64,000 nucleotides of DNA from Gaiellaceae bacterium. Lineage in GTDB: Bacteria > Actinomycetota > Thermoleophilia > Gaiellales > Gaiellaceae. The stretch is from assembly GCA_035653395.1 (NCBI GenBank), contig DASRBX010000009.1, positions 3,692-67,691 on the forward strand. Reading direction: 5' to 3'. Below, piece by piece: positions 17,579 to 25,544 of this stretch; position 1 is the stretch's first letter, and each line of letters begins with the position of its first letter. The translations under genes were made by a program, and so were the position numbers. The notes under the pieces were generated by a model. That model was not told the DNA's origin and ran no database searches. It saw only the letters and a list, made by a program, of their open reading frames with translations.

Positions 17579-18235
17579 CTAATGATCGGCTCGCGCGCGG
17601 TCGACGACGAGCGCCGACGGACGACTCGGTGCAAGGCAGGGCGGTGTGCCCGTGGACTCCGCCGTGACGACGAGCCGGGCTCCGAAGCGAAGAGCGAAGC
17701 TCACGTCGAGCGCTCGGAGCGGCTCGCCACCGTTCCTGACCGGCTGATGCGGGCTGCCACACCAGTTCAGCCATTGCATCTCCACGACGGCGCGTTGCCC
17801 GGGAGCCAGCACGCGAGCCGCCGGCTCGGGCGGGGCGCCGCTGCGCAGCGGTCGCCGCTGCTGCACGGAAAGCGTGTGGCCGTTCGAGGAGAGTCGGACG
17901 CGCGGCCATCCGCCCGGGAGTGAGCAGGTACCGTCGCCGACGTTCTTGATCTCCGCACCGCCGACGTCTGTTTGAGTCGCGCCTTGGAAACCGACTGTCG
18001 TCGAGAGTTGCGTCGCGCGACAGGTCGGGCCGGTCGCGCGTCCGCCGCTCGCCGGCGGCTGAGCGACGTTCGCCGGGCTTCCGCCGGCGACGAACGCGTA
18101 GATGCCGAGGCCGAGCGCCGCGGCGACCGCGACCCCTGCCGCGCCGAGCAACCTTCGCCGTAGCTGGCGCGCCCGTGCCTCCTTGATCAGAGCCTCGAGC
18201 TCGTCGTGCGAGGGCGGCGTTGGCGGCGCGATCAT
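17579..18235 (-). CDS. Membrane-anchored DUF4232-like protein
   Basis: One TM helix (LLGAAGVAVAAALGLGIYAFV) and a 4-Cys extracytoplasmic domain of the actinobacterial DUF4232 pattern. Confidence 0.6.
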   Translation of the reverse strand: MIAPPTPPSHDELEALIKEARARQLRRRLLGAAGVAVAAALGLGIYAFVAGGSPANVAQPPASGGRATGPTCRATQLSTTVGFQGATQTDVGGAEIKNVGDGTCSLPGGWPRVRLSSNGHTLSVQQRRPLRSGAPPEPAARVLAPGQRAVVEMQWLNWCGSPHQPVRNGGEPLRALDVSFALRFGARLVVTAESTGTPPCLAPSRPSALVVDRARADH

Positions 18236-18258
18236 CTAGTGCTAGTATGACTGGCACG

Positions 18259-18606
18259 ATGCTGAAGGTCAAGATCGACAGACAGGAACCGACCGAGCTC
18301 TTCGAGCAGGTGGCGGCGGCGATCCGGCGAGCGATCGCCGACGGCGAGGCGAAGCCCGGCGAGCGGCTACCTCCTGCGCGCGACCTCGCTGCCGTCCTCG
18401 GCGTCAACACGAACACCGTGCTGCGCTCGCTTCGTCTCCTGCGCGACGAGGGGCTGCTCGAGTTCCGGCGCGGGCGCGGCGTCACGGTCGCCGGGACGCC
18501 GGAGAAGGGCGCCGTGATCGCGCGGGCGCGCGAGCTCGTCCGGTTCGCGCGGCAGCAGGGCTACCGCCGCGACGAGCTGATCCGGCTCATCGAAGAGATC
18601 GCGTGA
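18259..18606 (+). CDS. GntR-family (YtrA-like, short) transcriptional regulator
   Basis: GERLPPARDLAAVLGVNTNTVLRSLRLLRDEGLLEFRRGRGVTV winged-HTH. An alternative ATG lies at 18247. Confidence 0.8.
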   Translation: MLKVKIDRQEPTELFEQVAAAIRRAIADGEAKPGERLPPARDLAAVLGVNTNTVLRSLRLLRDEGLLEFRRGRGVTVAGTPEKGAVIARARELVRFARQQGYRRDELIRLIEEIA

Positions 18607-18610
18607 CCGG

Positions 18611-18814
18611 CTACTGATTCCAGTTTTCGGCGGTCTTCTTCTTGTGGCCGCTGTTCTTCGCGCGCGGGCTGCCGACGTCCTGAGGGCCGTGGAGGTCCGG
18701 CTCGGGGACGTCCCGCGAGAGCCGCTCGTCCTCGAGCTTCCCCGGGTGCCGCCGCTGCTGCCGGTTCGGCTTCGCCTCGCGCATCTCGGGCACGCGTGGT
18801 TGCTTCTTCGCCAT
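18611..18814 (-). CDS. Small basic hydrophilic protein (67 aa), hypothetical
   Basis: MAKKQPRVPEMREAKPNRQQRR...KKKTAENWNQ. It begins 30 nt downstream of the GGDEF gene stop. The rest of the 531-aa track ORF is shadow. Confidence 0.4.
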   Translation of the reverse strand: MAKKQPRVPEMREAKPNRQQRRHPGKLEDERLSRDVPEPDLHGPQDVGSPRAKNSGHKKKTAENWNQ

Positions 18815-18843
18815 ACCGCGGTCGTGCGCGGCCGCGGCCGGTT

Positions 18844-20673
18844 CTAAACGGCGACGGCCTCGTCGCCCGCCGGCAGCAGCTCGTCGGACAGGGCTTTGAC
18901 CACGGCGGGATCGAACTGCGTGCCGGCGCAGCGCTCGAGCTCGGCGAGCGCGTCGCGCTGCGGCATGGCCTGCCGATAGGCGCGGTCCGAGGTCATCGCG
19001 TCGTACGCGTCGGCGACGAAGATGATCCGCGCGCCGAGCGGGATCTGGTCGCCGGCGAGGCGGTTCGGGTAGCCCGCGCCGTCCCACCGCTCGTGGTGGT
19101 GCAGCACCCATTCGGCGACGGGCTGGACGCCGAGGCTCTCGAGCATCCGGAAGCCGATCTCGGGATGCCGCTCGAGCAACACCCGCTCGGGCTTGGTCAG
19201 GGCCTCCGGCTTGCGCAGCACCTCCTCGGGAATCGCGAGCTTGCCGAGGTCGTGCAGGCTCCCCGCGAGCCTCGTCAGCTCGACGGCCGGCTCGTCGGCG
19301 CCCAGGCGTCGCGCGATCCGTGCGGAGTAGTCGGCCACACGCTGCGAGTGGCTGCCCGTGTACGCGTCGCGCTCGTCGACGGCCTTCGCGAGGCTCTCCG
19401 CCGCCCGGTACTGCGCATCGCGGCTCGGCGTGTGGACGGACTGCTCGAAATCGACGCGGAGGATCGACTCGGCCGCATACGCACGCACCCGGTTCTTGCC
19501 GTCCTTCTTCGCGCGGTACAGAGCGCTGTCGGCGAGCCGGATCAGCTCGTCCCGTCCGCTGCCGTGGGTGGGGTACGTCGCCACGCCCGCGCTCACGGTC
19601 ACCGGCCCGACGCCCTCGACGTCGAGAGCCGCCACGCGCTCGACGATCGAGCGCGCGACCGCGGTCGCCCGGCGCTCGTCCTGCCCGGGGAGGAGCACCG
19701 CGAACTCGTCGCCGCCGAGCCGGAACGCCTCGCCGCCCTGCCGCAGGCGCGCCGCCACCTGCCCGAGCACGAGGTCTCCGACCGGATGCCCGAACCGGTC
19801 GTTCACGCTCTTCAGGTCGTCGAAGTCGACGAGGCAGAGCGCGAGCGGCGAGCCCTGCTCCTCCGCCGCCACCAGCTCTCGCTGGAGCCGCTCGTGGAAG
19901 CTCCGGTGGTTGCCGAGGCCCGTGAGCGGATCGGTCAGGGCCAGGCGCATCGCCTTGATCGCCCTGAACGTCGAGCGCTGGTAGAGGGCGATCGCGAGCA
20001 GCGGGCCGACGAGCGCGATCGAGAGCGCGGGCTCGCGCTGCCAGAGCACGATCAGTGTCAGCGCCGCCGAGGCCATGAAGGCGAACGGCGCCGTCGTCTG
20101 CGCGATGTTCTCCCGCGCGATCGTGAAGAAGGAGCGCCCCGAGTCCGCGGAGAGGACGGCGCTGATCAGGACGAGGTTGACGACCCAGTAGTAGACGAAC
20201 CCGCACAGCACGACGCGCGCGACGAGGCTCCCGACCGAGCCGCCGCCGACCCGCTCGACCACGACCCCGGCGGCGAGGGCCGAGAGCGCGAACATCGCGC
20301 CGTTGTAGGCGACGCGGAGAAGCGGACGGCGTTGCAGGAGATGCGTGAACGTGGGACCCCCCGCCGCGACGATGACGCCGGCGGGCCAGCCGAGCAGGAC
20401 GATCGCCGAGACGGAGAAGACGAACCCGAGCGTGACGCCGCCCGCGCCCATTCCCTCGACCGGGACCGGGAAACGCTCCGCCAGCGCCATGCTGGCGAGC
20501 AGGCCGAAGAGCGCGGCGATGTCGGACGCCGAGCGCGGGGCGTCGGCGTAGCGAACGATGGCGAGACCGACGGCGAACGCGCCCGCGAGGATCACGGGCG
20601 TCACCACCGCCAAGACCTTTGCGGGTACCCGGGCTGCGGCCGTCTCGGCGTCGGCCTGCTCGTCAGCCGCCAC
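18844..20673 (-). CDS. Polytopic membrane sensor with GGDEF and HD-GYP domains (c-di-GMP synthesis and hydrolysis)
   Basis: About 7 N-terminal TM segments. LTGLGNHR...RLGGDEFAV (GGDEF). HSQRV...HDLGK...HHERWDGAGYP (HD-GYP). Confidence 0.88.
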   Translation of the reverse strand: MAADEQADAETAAARVPAKVLAVVTPVILAGAFAVGLAIVRYADAPRSASDIAALFGLLASMALAERFPVPVEGMGAGGVTLGFVFSVSAIVLLGWPAGVIVAAGGPTFTHLLQRRPLLRVAYNGAMFALSALAAGVVVERVGGGSVGSLVARVVLCGFVYYWVVNLVLISAVLSADSGRSFFTIARENIAQTTAPFAFMASAALTLIVLWQREPALSIALVGPLLAIALYQRSTFRAIKAMRLALTDPLTGLGNHRSFHERLQRELVAAEEQGSPLALCLVDFDDLKSVNDRFGHPVGDLVLGQVAARLRQGGEAFRLGGDEFAVLLPGQDERRATAVARSIVERVAALDVEGVGPVTVSAGVATYPTHGSGRDELIRLADSALYRAKKDGKNRVRAYAAESILRVDFEQSVHTPSRDAQYRAAESLAKAVDERDAYTGSHSQRVADYSARIARRLGADEPAVELTRLAGSLHDLGKLAIPEEVLRKPEALTKPERVLLERHPEIGFRMLESLGVQPVAEWVLHHHERWDGAGYPNRLAGDQIPLGARIIFVADAYDAMTSDRAYRQAMPQRDALAELERCAGTQFDPAVVKALSDELLPAGDEAVAV

Positions 20674-20706
20674 CGAAGCCTCCCCTACGAGGCGGGGAAC
20701 CGGGAC

Positions 20707-20811
20707 TTACCAGCCGTAGTTGTGGAGCCCGAGGAAACTCCCGCCGAGCGCCGCAGCGAGCATGGCCGCGACGGCCAGGAGAATCACGAGGCGAGACTTC
20801 CACTCAAGCAT
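20707..20811 (-). CDS. 34-aa single-TM peptide
   Basis: MLEWKSRLVILLAVAAMLAAALGGSFLGLHNYGW. GGAGG lies 5 nt upstream of the ATG. It ends 33 nt before the GGDEF gene. Confidence 0.5.
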   Translation of the reverse strand: MLEWKSRLVILLAVAAMLAAALGGSFLGLHNYGW

Positions 20812-20826
20812 TGTGCCTCCAGGGAG

Positions 20827-20869
20827 AAAAAAGTCGAAGGACGCCAGACGGGGGAATTGTGGGTTCGAC
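20827..20869 (-). promoter_or_regulatory. Hairpin (GTCGAA...TTCGAC) plus a U6 tract immediately 5' of the peptide RBS
   Basis: On the minus strand: GGTCGAA-N25-TTCGAC-TTTTTT-CTCCCTGGAGG. The stem is weak, and it may act as terminator, attenuator, or neither. Confidence 0.3.
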
Positions 20870-20944
20870 CTCGCCGAACGAAAATCACCCGAACGGGTTA
20901 GCGGCGTCACTAGAACGGGGGAAGTGCGCCGCCGGAATGCGCTC

Positions 20945-22123
20945 TCAGGGCTGGAGGCCCGCCTCCTGCAACGGCCGGCGGCCCCAGGCGAAGCGCTTCT
21001 TGTACCAGCCGGCCAGCTGGGCGAGCGCGACCCCCTCGTCGGAGGACTGGATGAACCAGCCATTCCCGACGTAGATCCCCGTGTGGAACACCTGCGGGCC
21101 GCGCGAGCGCGGGCCCTTGGTGCCGAAGAAGATCACGTCCGCCGGCTGGAGCTTCTGGAAGGAGATCCGTTTCGAGCGGGGGACCTCGACGCTCATCGTG
21201 TACGTCGTCCGGCCCTGAATCGTCGAGGCGAGCGTGCCCTCGCCGGGGTAGCTCTGCAGCTTGTACACGCGCCACACGAAGCCCGAGCAGTCGTAGCCGC
21301 CTCGGGCGGTGACGCCGAAGTCGACCTCCGTGCCGTCGCTCGTTCCGCCCCAGACGTACGGCATCCCGATCTTCGAGAACGCGACGGTGAGGATCTGGCG
21401 CTGCCAGTCGGTGAGCTGGGGAAGCTCGAACGTCGCGGCCAGCTCCTTCACCTGGGCGATCTGCCAGCTGTCGGCGAAGAGGCCGAGACCGAGGATCTGC
21501 GCCGCCGAGTACGCGGCTTCTGCGCGAGTCGCCTGGTCCTGCGGCCGCAGCTCGAGGAAGTCCTGGGCCGCGGGATGGTTCAGCCGCAGCCCGAGCAGCC
21601 GAGCGACGACCTCGTAGCCGAATCGCCCGGGGACGGCGAGACCCGCGGCGCGGGCGCCCTGCGCGAACTCCTTCGCAGCCTTCCCGAGGCCCATCGCCTG
21701 GACGAGGCTGCGGTCGAGCTGCGCCATCGTCTCGGGCGCCGTAGGGTTCGAGACGACCGGCGTCGTCGTGGTCCCGCCCGTGGTCGTCGTCGTGGTCGTC
21801 GTGGTGGTGGTGCTCGTGACGGTCGAGCCGGAGCCCGGGCCCGGCGGGGGCGACACCGCTCCGAGCTGCGCCTTGAGGTCGGCGGCGAGGGTCGCGAGCG
21901 TCTGGTGCGTGAGGGCCGCGTTGGGCCGGAACTTGCGCACGCTCCTCGCGCCCATCAGCTTGTGCGCCACGACGGTGGCGATCTGCGGAGCCGCCCAGTT
22001 CGGGAGGCTCTTGCCGGAGCCCGCCGCGGCCCCCGTCAGGACGACGGCTACGCCGCATGCGGCTGCGAGCGTTGCGAGACGCTGACCCACGACCCCTCCA
22101 TCGACCATGACCCTGCGGAGCAT
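20945..22123 (-). CDS. Secreted NlpC/P60 cell-wall hydrolase with poly-Thr linker
   Basis: The C-terminal YVWGG...DCSGFVWRVY...H.GIYVGNGWFI is the NlpC/P60 Cys-His core. Signal-like LATLAAACGVAVVLTG. Start is 22123, 22108 or 22090. Confidence 0.85.
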   Translation of the reverse strand: MLRRVMVDGGVVGQRLATLAAACGVAVVLTGAAAGSGKSLPNWAAPQIATVVAHKLMGARSVRKFRPNAALTHQTLATLAADLKAQLGAVSPPPGPGSGSTVTSTTTTTTTTTTTGGTTTTPVVSNPTAPETMAQLDRSLVQAMGLGKAAKEFAQGARAAGLAVPGRFGYEVVARLLGLRLNHPAAQDFLELRPQDQATRAEAAYSAAQILGLGLFADSWQIAQVKELAATFELPQLTDWQRQILTVAFSKIGMPYVWGGTSDGTEVDFGVTARGGYDCSGFVWRVYKLQSYPGEGTLASTIQGRTTYTMSVEVPRSKRISFQKLQPADVIFFGTKGPRSRGPQVFHTGIYVGNGWFIQSSDEGVALAQLAGWYKKRFAWGRRPLQEAGLQP

Positions 22124-22138
22124 TAGCCTGTTCGGGTG

Positions 22139-22282
22139 ATGTCGCTGGACATTACGCCCGAGCCGGACGAGGCGGAGCGGCAGGCGATCGTCGAGGCGCT
22201 CGCGGCGGAGCAGGCCGAGCACGCGACTGCGTCGGCCTGGGCCGACGCGCTCCTGCCGTCCCGCGAGGAGGGCGAGCCGTAA
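22139..22282 (+). CDS. 47-aa acidic mini-protein, hypothetical (loosely acyl-CoA carboxylase epsilon-like)
   Basis: MSLDITPEPDEAERQAIVEALAAEQAEHATASAWADALLPSREEGEP. Third-position GC is strongly high. It falls below the ORF-track size cut-off. Confidence 0.35.
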   Translation: MSLDITPEPDEAERQAIVEALAAEQAEHATASAWADALLPSREEGEP

Positions 22283-22312
22283 CCGGCCCCTGGCGAGCCG
22301 CGTTCCCTCCAC

Positions 22313-22492
22313 ATGTGGGAGGAGTGCATCCGCTGCAACGAGGCTCCCGCCGTCGACGATCAGGGCTACTGCGGCCACTGCCACTGGGCCGTCCGGGCGG
22401 AGGTCGAGGAAGGCTTCTACGCCCTCCGCGAGTATCTGCGCGCGTGGGCCCGTTTCGACGAGTGGTGCGAGGACCGCGGCATCGCGGCCTGA
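22313..22492 (+). CDS. 59-aa zinc-ribbon mini-protein, hypothetical
   Basis: MWEECIRCNEAP...GYCGHCHW... carries two CxxC pairs. GC3 is high. Just below the ORF-track cut-off. Confidence 0.45.
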   Translation: MWEECIRCNEAPAVDDQGYCGHCHWAVRAEVEEGFYALREYLRAWARFDEWCEDRGIAA

Positions 22493-22501
22493 GCGCCGCC
22501 G

Positions 22502-23050
22502 CTATTCCGGCTGGGCTCTACTGAGCAGCCTCGGCGCGCTGCGGGCGTAGTCGAGCCCGGACACCCACGTCAGGATCACCGCCACGAGCAGCGTCCACCA
22601 CGCGGCGCGCTGCGTCCACGCGCCGGCCGCCGCAAAGCCGGCGACCGCCGCGGCCACCGCCTGCGCCCACGTCTTCAGCTTGCCGAGGTCGCGCGCCGCG
22701 AGGACGACGCCGCGCTCGACCGCCGCCTGCCGCAGGCCGGTGACCAGCACCTCGCGCACGACGATCGCCGCGACCATCCAGGCCGGGACGACTCCCTGGC
22801 CCACGAGCATCACGAGCGCGGCCAGCACCAGCACCTTGTCGGCGATCGGATCGAGGAGGGTGCCGATGGACGACGTACGCCCCTGCCGGCGCGCGAGCCT
22901 CCCGTCGAGCCAGTCGGTCGTCATCGCGACGCAGAAGACCGCCGTCGCCCAGTAGTCGTGGCCCGGGAAGCTCCAGGCGTAGAGCACGACCACGACCGGG
23001 ACCGCTGCGGCGCGCGCGACGGTGAGCTGGTCGGCCGCCGTCAGGTCCAC
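22502..23050 (-). CDS. pgsA: CDP-diacylglycerol--glycerol-3-phosphate 3-phosphatidyltransferase
   Basis: The CDP-alcohol phosphatidyltransferase motif is present: D-W-L-D-G-R-L-A-R...G...D-P-I-A-D-K. Confidence 0.85.
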   Translation of the reverse strand: MDLTAADQLTVARAAAVPVVVVLYAWSFPGHDYWATAVFCVAMTTDWLDGRLARRQGRTSSIGTLLDPIADKVLVLAALVMLVGQGVVPAWMVAAIVVREVLVTGLRQAAVERGVVLAARDLGKLKTWAQAVAAAVAGFAAAGAWTQRAAWWTLLVAVILTWVSGLDYARSAPRLLSRAQPE

Positions 23051-23073
23051 GACGTGGAGAATACGGCCCGCTC

Positions 23074-24855
23074 ATGTTCGAGAAGGTTCTCGTCGCCAAC
23101 CGGGGAGAGATCGCGATCCGCGTCTTCAGGACGCTCCGCGAGCTCGGCATCGGCGCGGTCGCCGTCTACTCGGAAGGCGACCGCGGAGCGCTCCACGTCG
23201 CCTACGCCGACGAGGCGTTCCTCCTCGGGCCGACGCCCGCTCACGAGAGCTACCTCGCGATCGACCGGATCCTCGACGCCGCGCAGCGCTCGGGTGCGCA
23301 GGCCGTCCATCCCGGCTACGGCTTCCTCGCCGAGAATGCCGCCTTCGCGCGCGCCGTCGAGGAGGCTGGGCTAGTCTGGATCGGCCCGCCGCCGGCCGCG
23401 ATCGAGCTCATGGGCTCGAAGACGGCGGCGCGCACGGCGATGCAGAGAGCCGGAGTCCCGATCATCCCGGGCACGACCGAGCCGGTCGGCTCGGTGGACG
23501 AGCTGCATGCGCTCGGCGAGGAGATCGGCTATCCGCTTTTGCTCAAGGCGGCCGCCGGCGGCGGCGGCAAGGGCATGGAGGTCGTGGAGGGACCCGGCGA
23601 CGCGGAGCAGGCCTTCGAACGCGCGCGGCGGCAGGGACAGTCGTACTTCGCCGATCCGAACGTCTACGTCGAGAAGCTCATCGTCGATCCGCGCCACGTG
23701 GAGGTGCAGGTGCTCGCGGACGCGCACGGCAACGTCGTCCATCTCGGGGAGCGCGACTGCACGATCCAGCGCCGGCACCAGAAGCTCGTCGAGGAGACGC
23801 CTTCCCCCGCGGTCGACGCCGCGTTGCGCAACCGGATCGGCGCGATCGGCGTCGAGGCCGCGCGGGCGTGCGGCTACCGCTCGGCCGGGACGATCGAGGG
23901 CCTGCTCAAGCGCGACGGCGACTACTTCTTCATGGAGATGAACACGCGCATCCAGGTCGAGCACACCGTGACCGAGATGGTCACGGGCCTCGACCTCGTG
24001 CGCGAGCAGATCCTGGTGGCGCTCGGCGAGCCTCTCTCCGTGCGGCAGGAGGACGTCGAGCTGCGCGGGCACGCGATCGAGTGCCGCATCAACGCCGAGG
24101 ACGCGGCCCGCGGCTTTCTCCCCGCGCCCGCGCCGGTCACCGACTACCGCGAGCCGGCCGGGCCGGGGGTGCGGGTCGACTCCGGCGTCGCCGCCGGCTA
24201 CGAGGTCTCGGGCGCGTACGACCCGATGGTGGCCAAGCTGATCGTGCACGGCGTCGACCGCGAGCACGCACGGCGGCGGATGCTCCGGGCCCTCGACGAG
24301 TTCTGGATCGAGGGCCCGACGACGCTCGTCCCGTTCCACAAGGCCCTCCTCTCGCATCCCTGCTTCGTCGCGGGTGAGACCTGCCACGGCGTGGTCGAGT
24401 CGGAGGAGCTCGCCGCGATGGTCGCCGAGCTCTCGGCGGCGGCGCCCGTCCCGCCACCAAGTAACAGTCTGTTACAAGGAAGGGCAGGTCCGGGTCGGGC
24501 GGTGGAGCGCGTCCGCGCCGTCGAGGTCGACGGCCGGCGGTTCGAGGTGCGGCTCTCGGAGCCCGAGCCGGCGTGGCGGGCCCTCGCGCTCCGCCGCCGC
24601 GAGCGTGCGCGGCAGGGCGGCGCCGGCGCCGGCGGGCGAGACGCGGTCGTCTCGCCGATGCAGGGCACCGTCCTCGCAGTGCCGGTGGCCGAGGGGGACG
24701 AGGTCGAGTCCGGCCAGGTGATCTGCGTGGTCGAGGCGATGAAGATGGAGAACGAGGTGCACGCCCATCGCGCCGGGACCGTCCGGAGCCTCACGGTCGA
24801 ACCGGGTCAGCCCGTCGCGACCGGCCAGGTGATCTGCATCGTCGAACCCACCTGA
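23074..24855 (+). CDS. accA: Acyl-CoA carboxylase alpha subunit (biotin carboxylase + BCCP)
   Basis: MFEKVLVANRGEIAIRV, GGGGKGM, and the C-terminal biotinyl motif EAMKMENEV. Confidence 0.92.
   Translation: MFEKVLVANRGEIAIRVFRTLRELGIGAVAVYSEGDRGALHVAYADEAFLLGPTPAHESYLAIDRILDAAQRSGAQAVHPGYGFLAENAAFARAVEEAGLVWIGPPPAAIELMGSKTAARTAMQRAGVPIIPGTTEPVGSVDELHALGEEIGYPLLLKAAAGGGGKGMEVVEGPGDAEQAFERARRQGQSYFADPNVYVEKLIVDPRHVEVQVLADAHGNVVHLGERDCTIQRRHQKLVEETPSPAVDAALRNRIGAIGVEAARACGYRSAGTIEGLLKRDGDYFFMEMNTRIQVEHTVTEMVTGLDLVREQILVALGEPLSVRQEDVELRGHAIECRINAEDAARGFLPAPAPVTDYREPAGPGVRVDSGVAAGYEVSGAYDPMVAKLIVHGVDREHARRRMLRALDEFWIEGPTTLVPFHKALLSHPCFVAGETCHGVVESEELAAMVAELSAAAPVPPPSNSLLQGRAGPGRAVERVRAVEVDGRRFEVRLSEPEPAWRALALRRRERARQGGAGAGGRDAVVSPMQGTVLAVPVAEGDEVESGQVICVVEAMKMENEVHAHRAGTVRSLTVEPGQPVATGQVICIVEPT
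24458..24478 (+). repeat. Copy 2 of the 21-bp quasi-palindromic element (CAAGTAACAGTCTGTTACAAG)
   Basis: Differs from copy 1 only at the central base. It lies in the BC-BCCP linker of accA, read as S-N-S-L-L-Q. Confidence 0.9.
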
Positions 24856-24921
24856 GGGCGCGCGCAATCCGGCGTCCGCCGAGCGGCGTAGACACCGGAG
24901 ACCCGAGTAAGAGGAGGAACG

Positions 24922-25476
24922 TTGAAGCGAATCGTCTCAGCAGCTGCGCTCGCGGTCGCACTCGCCGCAGCAGGAGTGAGCGCAGCCGCTGCCATCACGA
25001 ATCCGAGCAGCATGCGCCTGCTCGCGGCTAGTCACTCGAGCTCTTCGCGCGGCACGAAGATCACGCTCCACAAGACGGCGGTCGGCAAGGTCCTCGCCAC
25101 GAGCTCCGGCAGGACGATCTATCTCTTCATGGCCGACCGAAAGGGCAAGAGCGTCTGTTACGGCCAGTGCGCCACCTTCTGGCCCCCGGTCCTGCAGAAG
25201 GGGAAGCTCAGGGCGGGCGCGGGCGTCAAGGCGGGCCTGCTCGGCACGACCAGGCGCAAGAACGGCACGCGGCAGGTGACGTACAAGGGTCACCCGCTCT
25301 ACCTGTTCAAGCTCGACAGGCGCGCCGGCCAGATCAAGGGCCAGAACCAGGACTTCTTCGGAGGCGAGTGGTTCGTGGTCTCCGCCTCCGGCAGGGCAAA
25401 CAAGAAGACGCCGTCGCCCTCGACCACGACGGGGACGACGACCACCACTCCCTACAGCACCACCAGTCACTACTAG
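24922..25476 (+). CDS. Secreted protein with lipoprotein_15-type repeats (COG4315-like)
   Basis: TTG start with GAGGAGG 4 nt upstream. Signal peptide present. G.TIYLF..D....S.CYGQCA.FWPP and GHPLYLF repeats. Thr-rich tail. Confidence 0.7.
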   Translation: MKRIVSAAALAVALAAAGVSAAAAITNPSSMRLLAASHSSSSRGTKITLHKTAVGKVLATSSGRTIYLFMADRKGKSVCYGQCATFWPPVLQKGKLRAGAGVKAGLLGTTRRKNGTRQVTYKGHPLYLFKLDRRAGQIKGQNQDFFGGEWFVVSASGRANKKTPSPSTTTGTTTTTPYSTTSHY

Positions 25477-25501
25477 ACAGCCGGCGCAGAGCGAACTGCG
25501 C

Positions 25502-25544
25502 GGTCCACCGGCGTCGCGTCGTTAGTGTCCGGCGCCGGTGGACC
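25502..25544 (+). promoter_or_regulatory. 12-bp perfect inverted repeat enclosing the sucC start codon
   Basis: GGTCCACCGGCG-N19-CGCCGGTGGACC. The right arm contains the sucC GTG (25538-25540). Confidence 0.5.

Noticed and set aside
21768-21830. An ACC/ACG codon run (poly-Thr) in the NlpC/P60 gene, considered as a phase-variable repeat.
   Set aside because: The mixed codons interrupt the repeat. It reads as an ordinary low-complexity linker, also seen in the 24922 gene.
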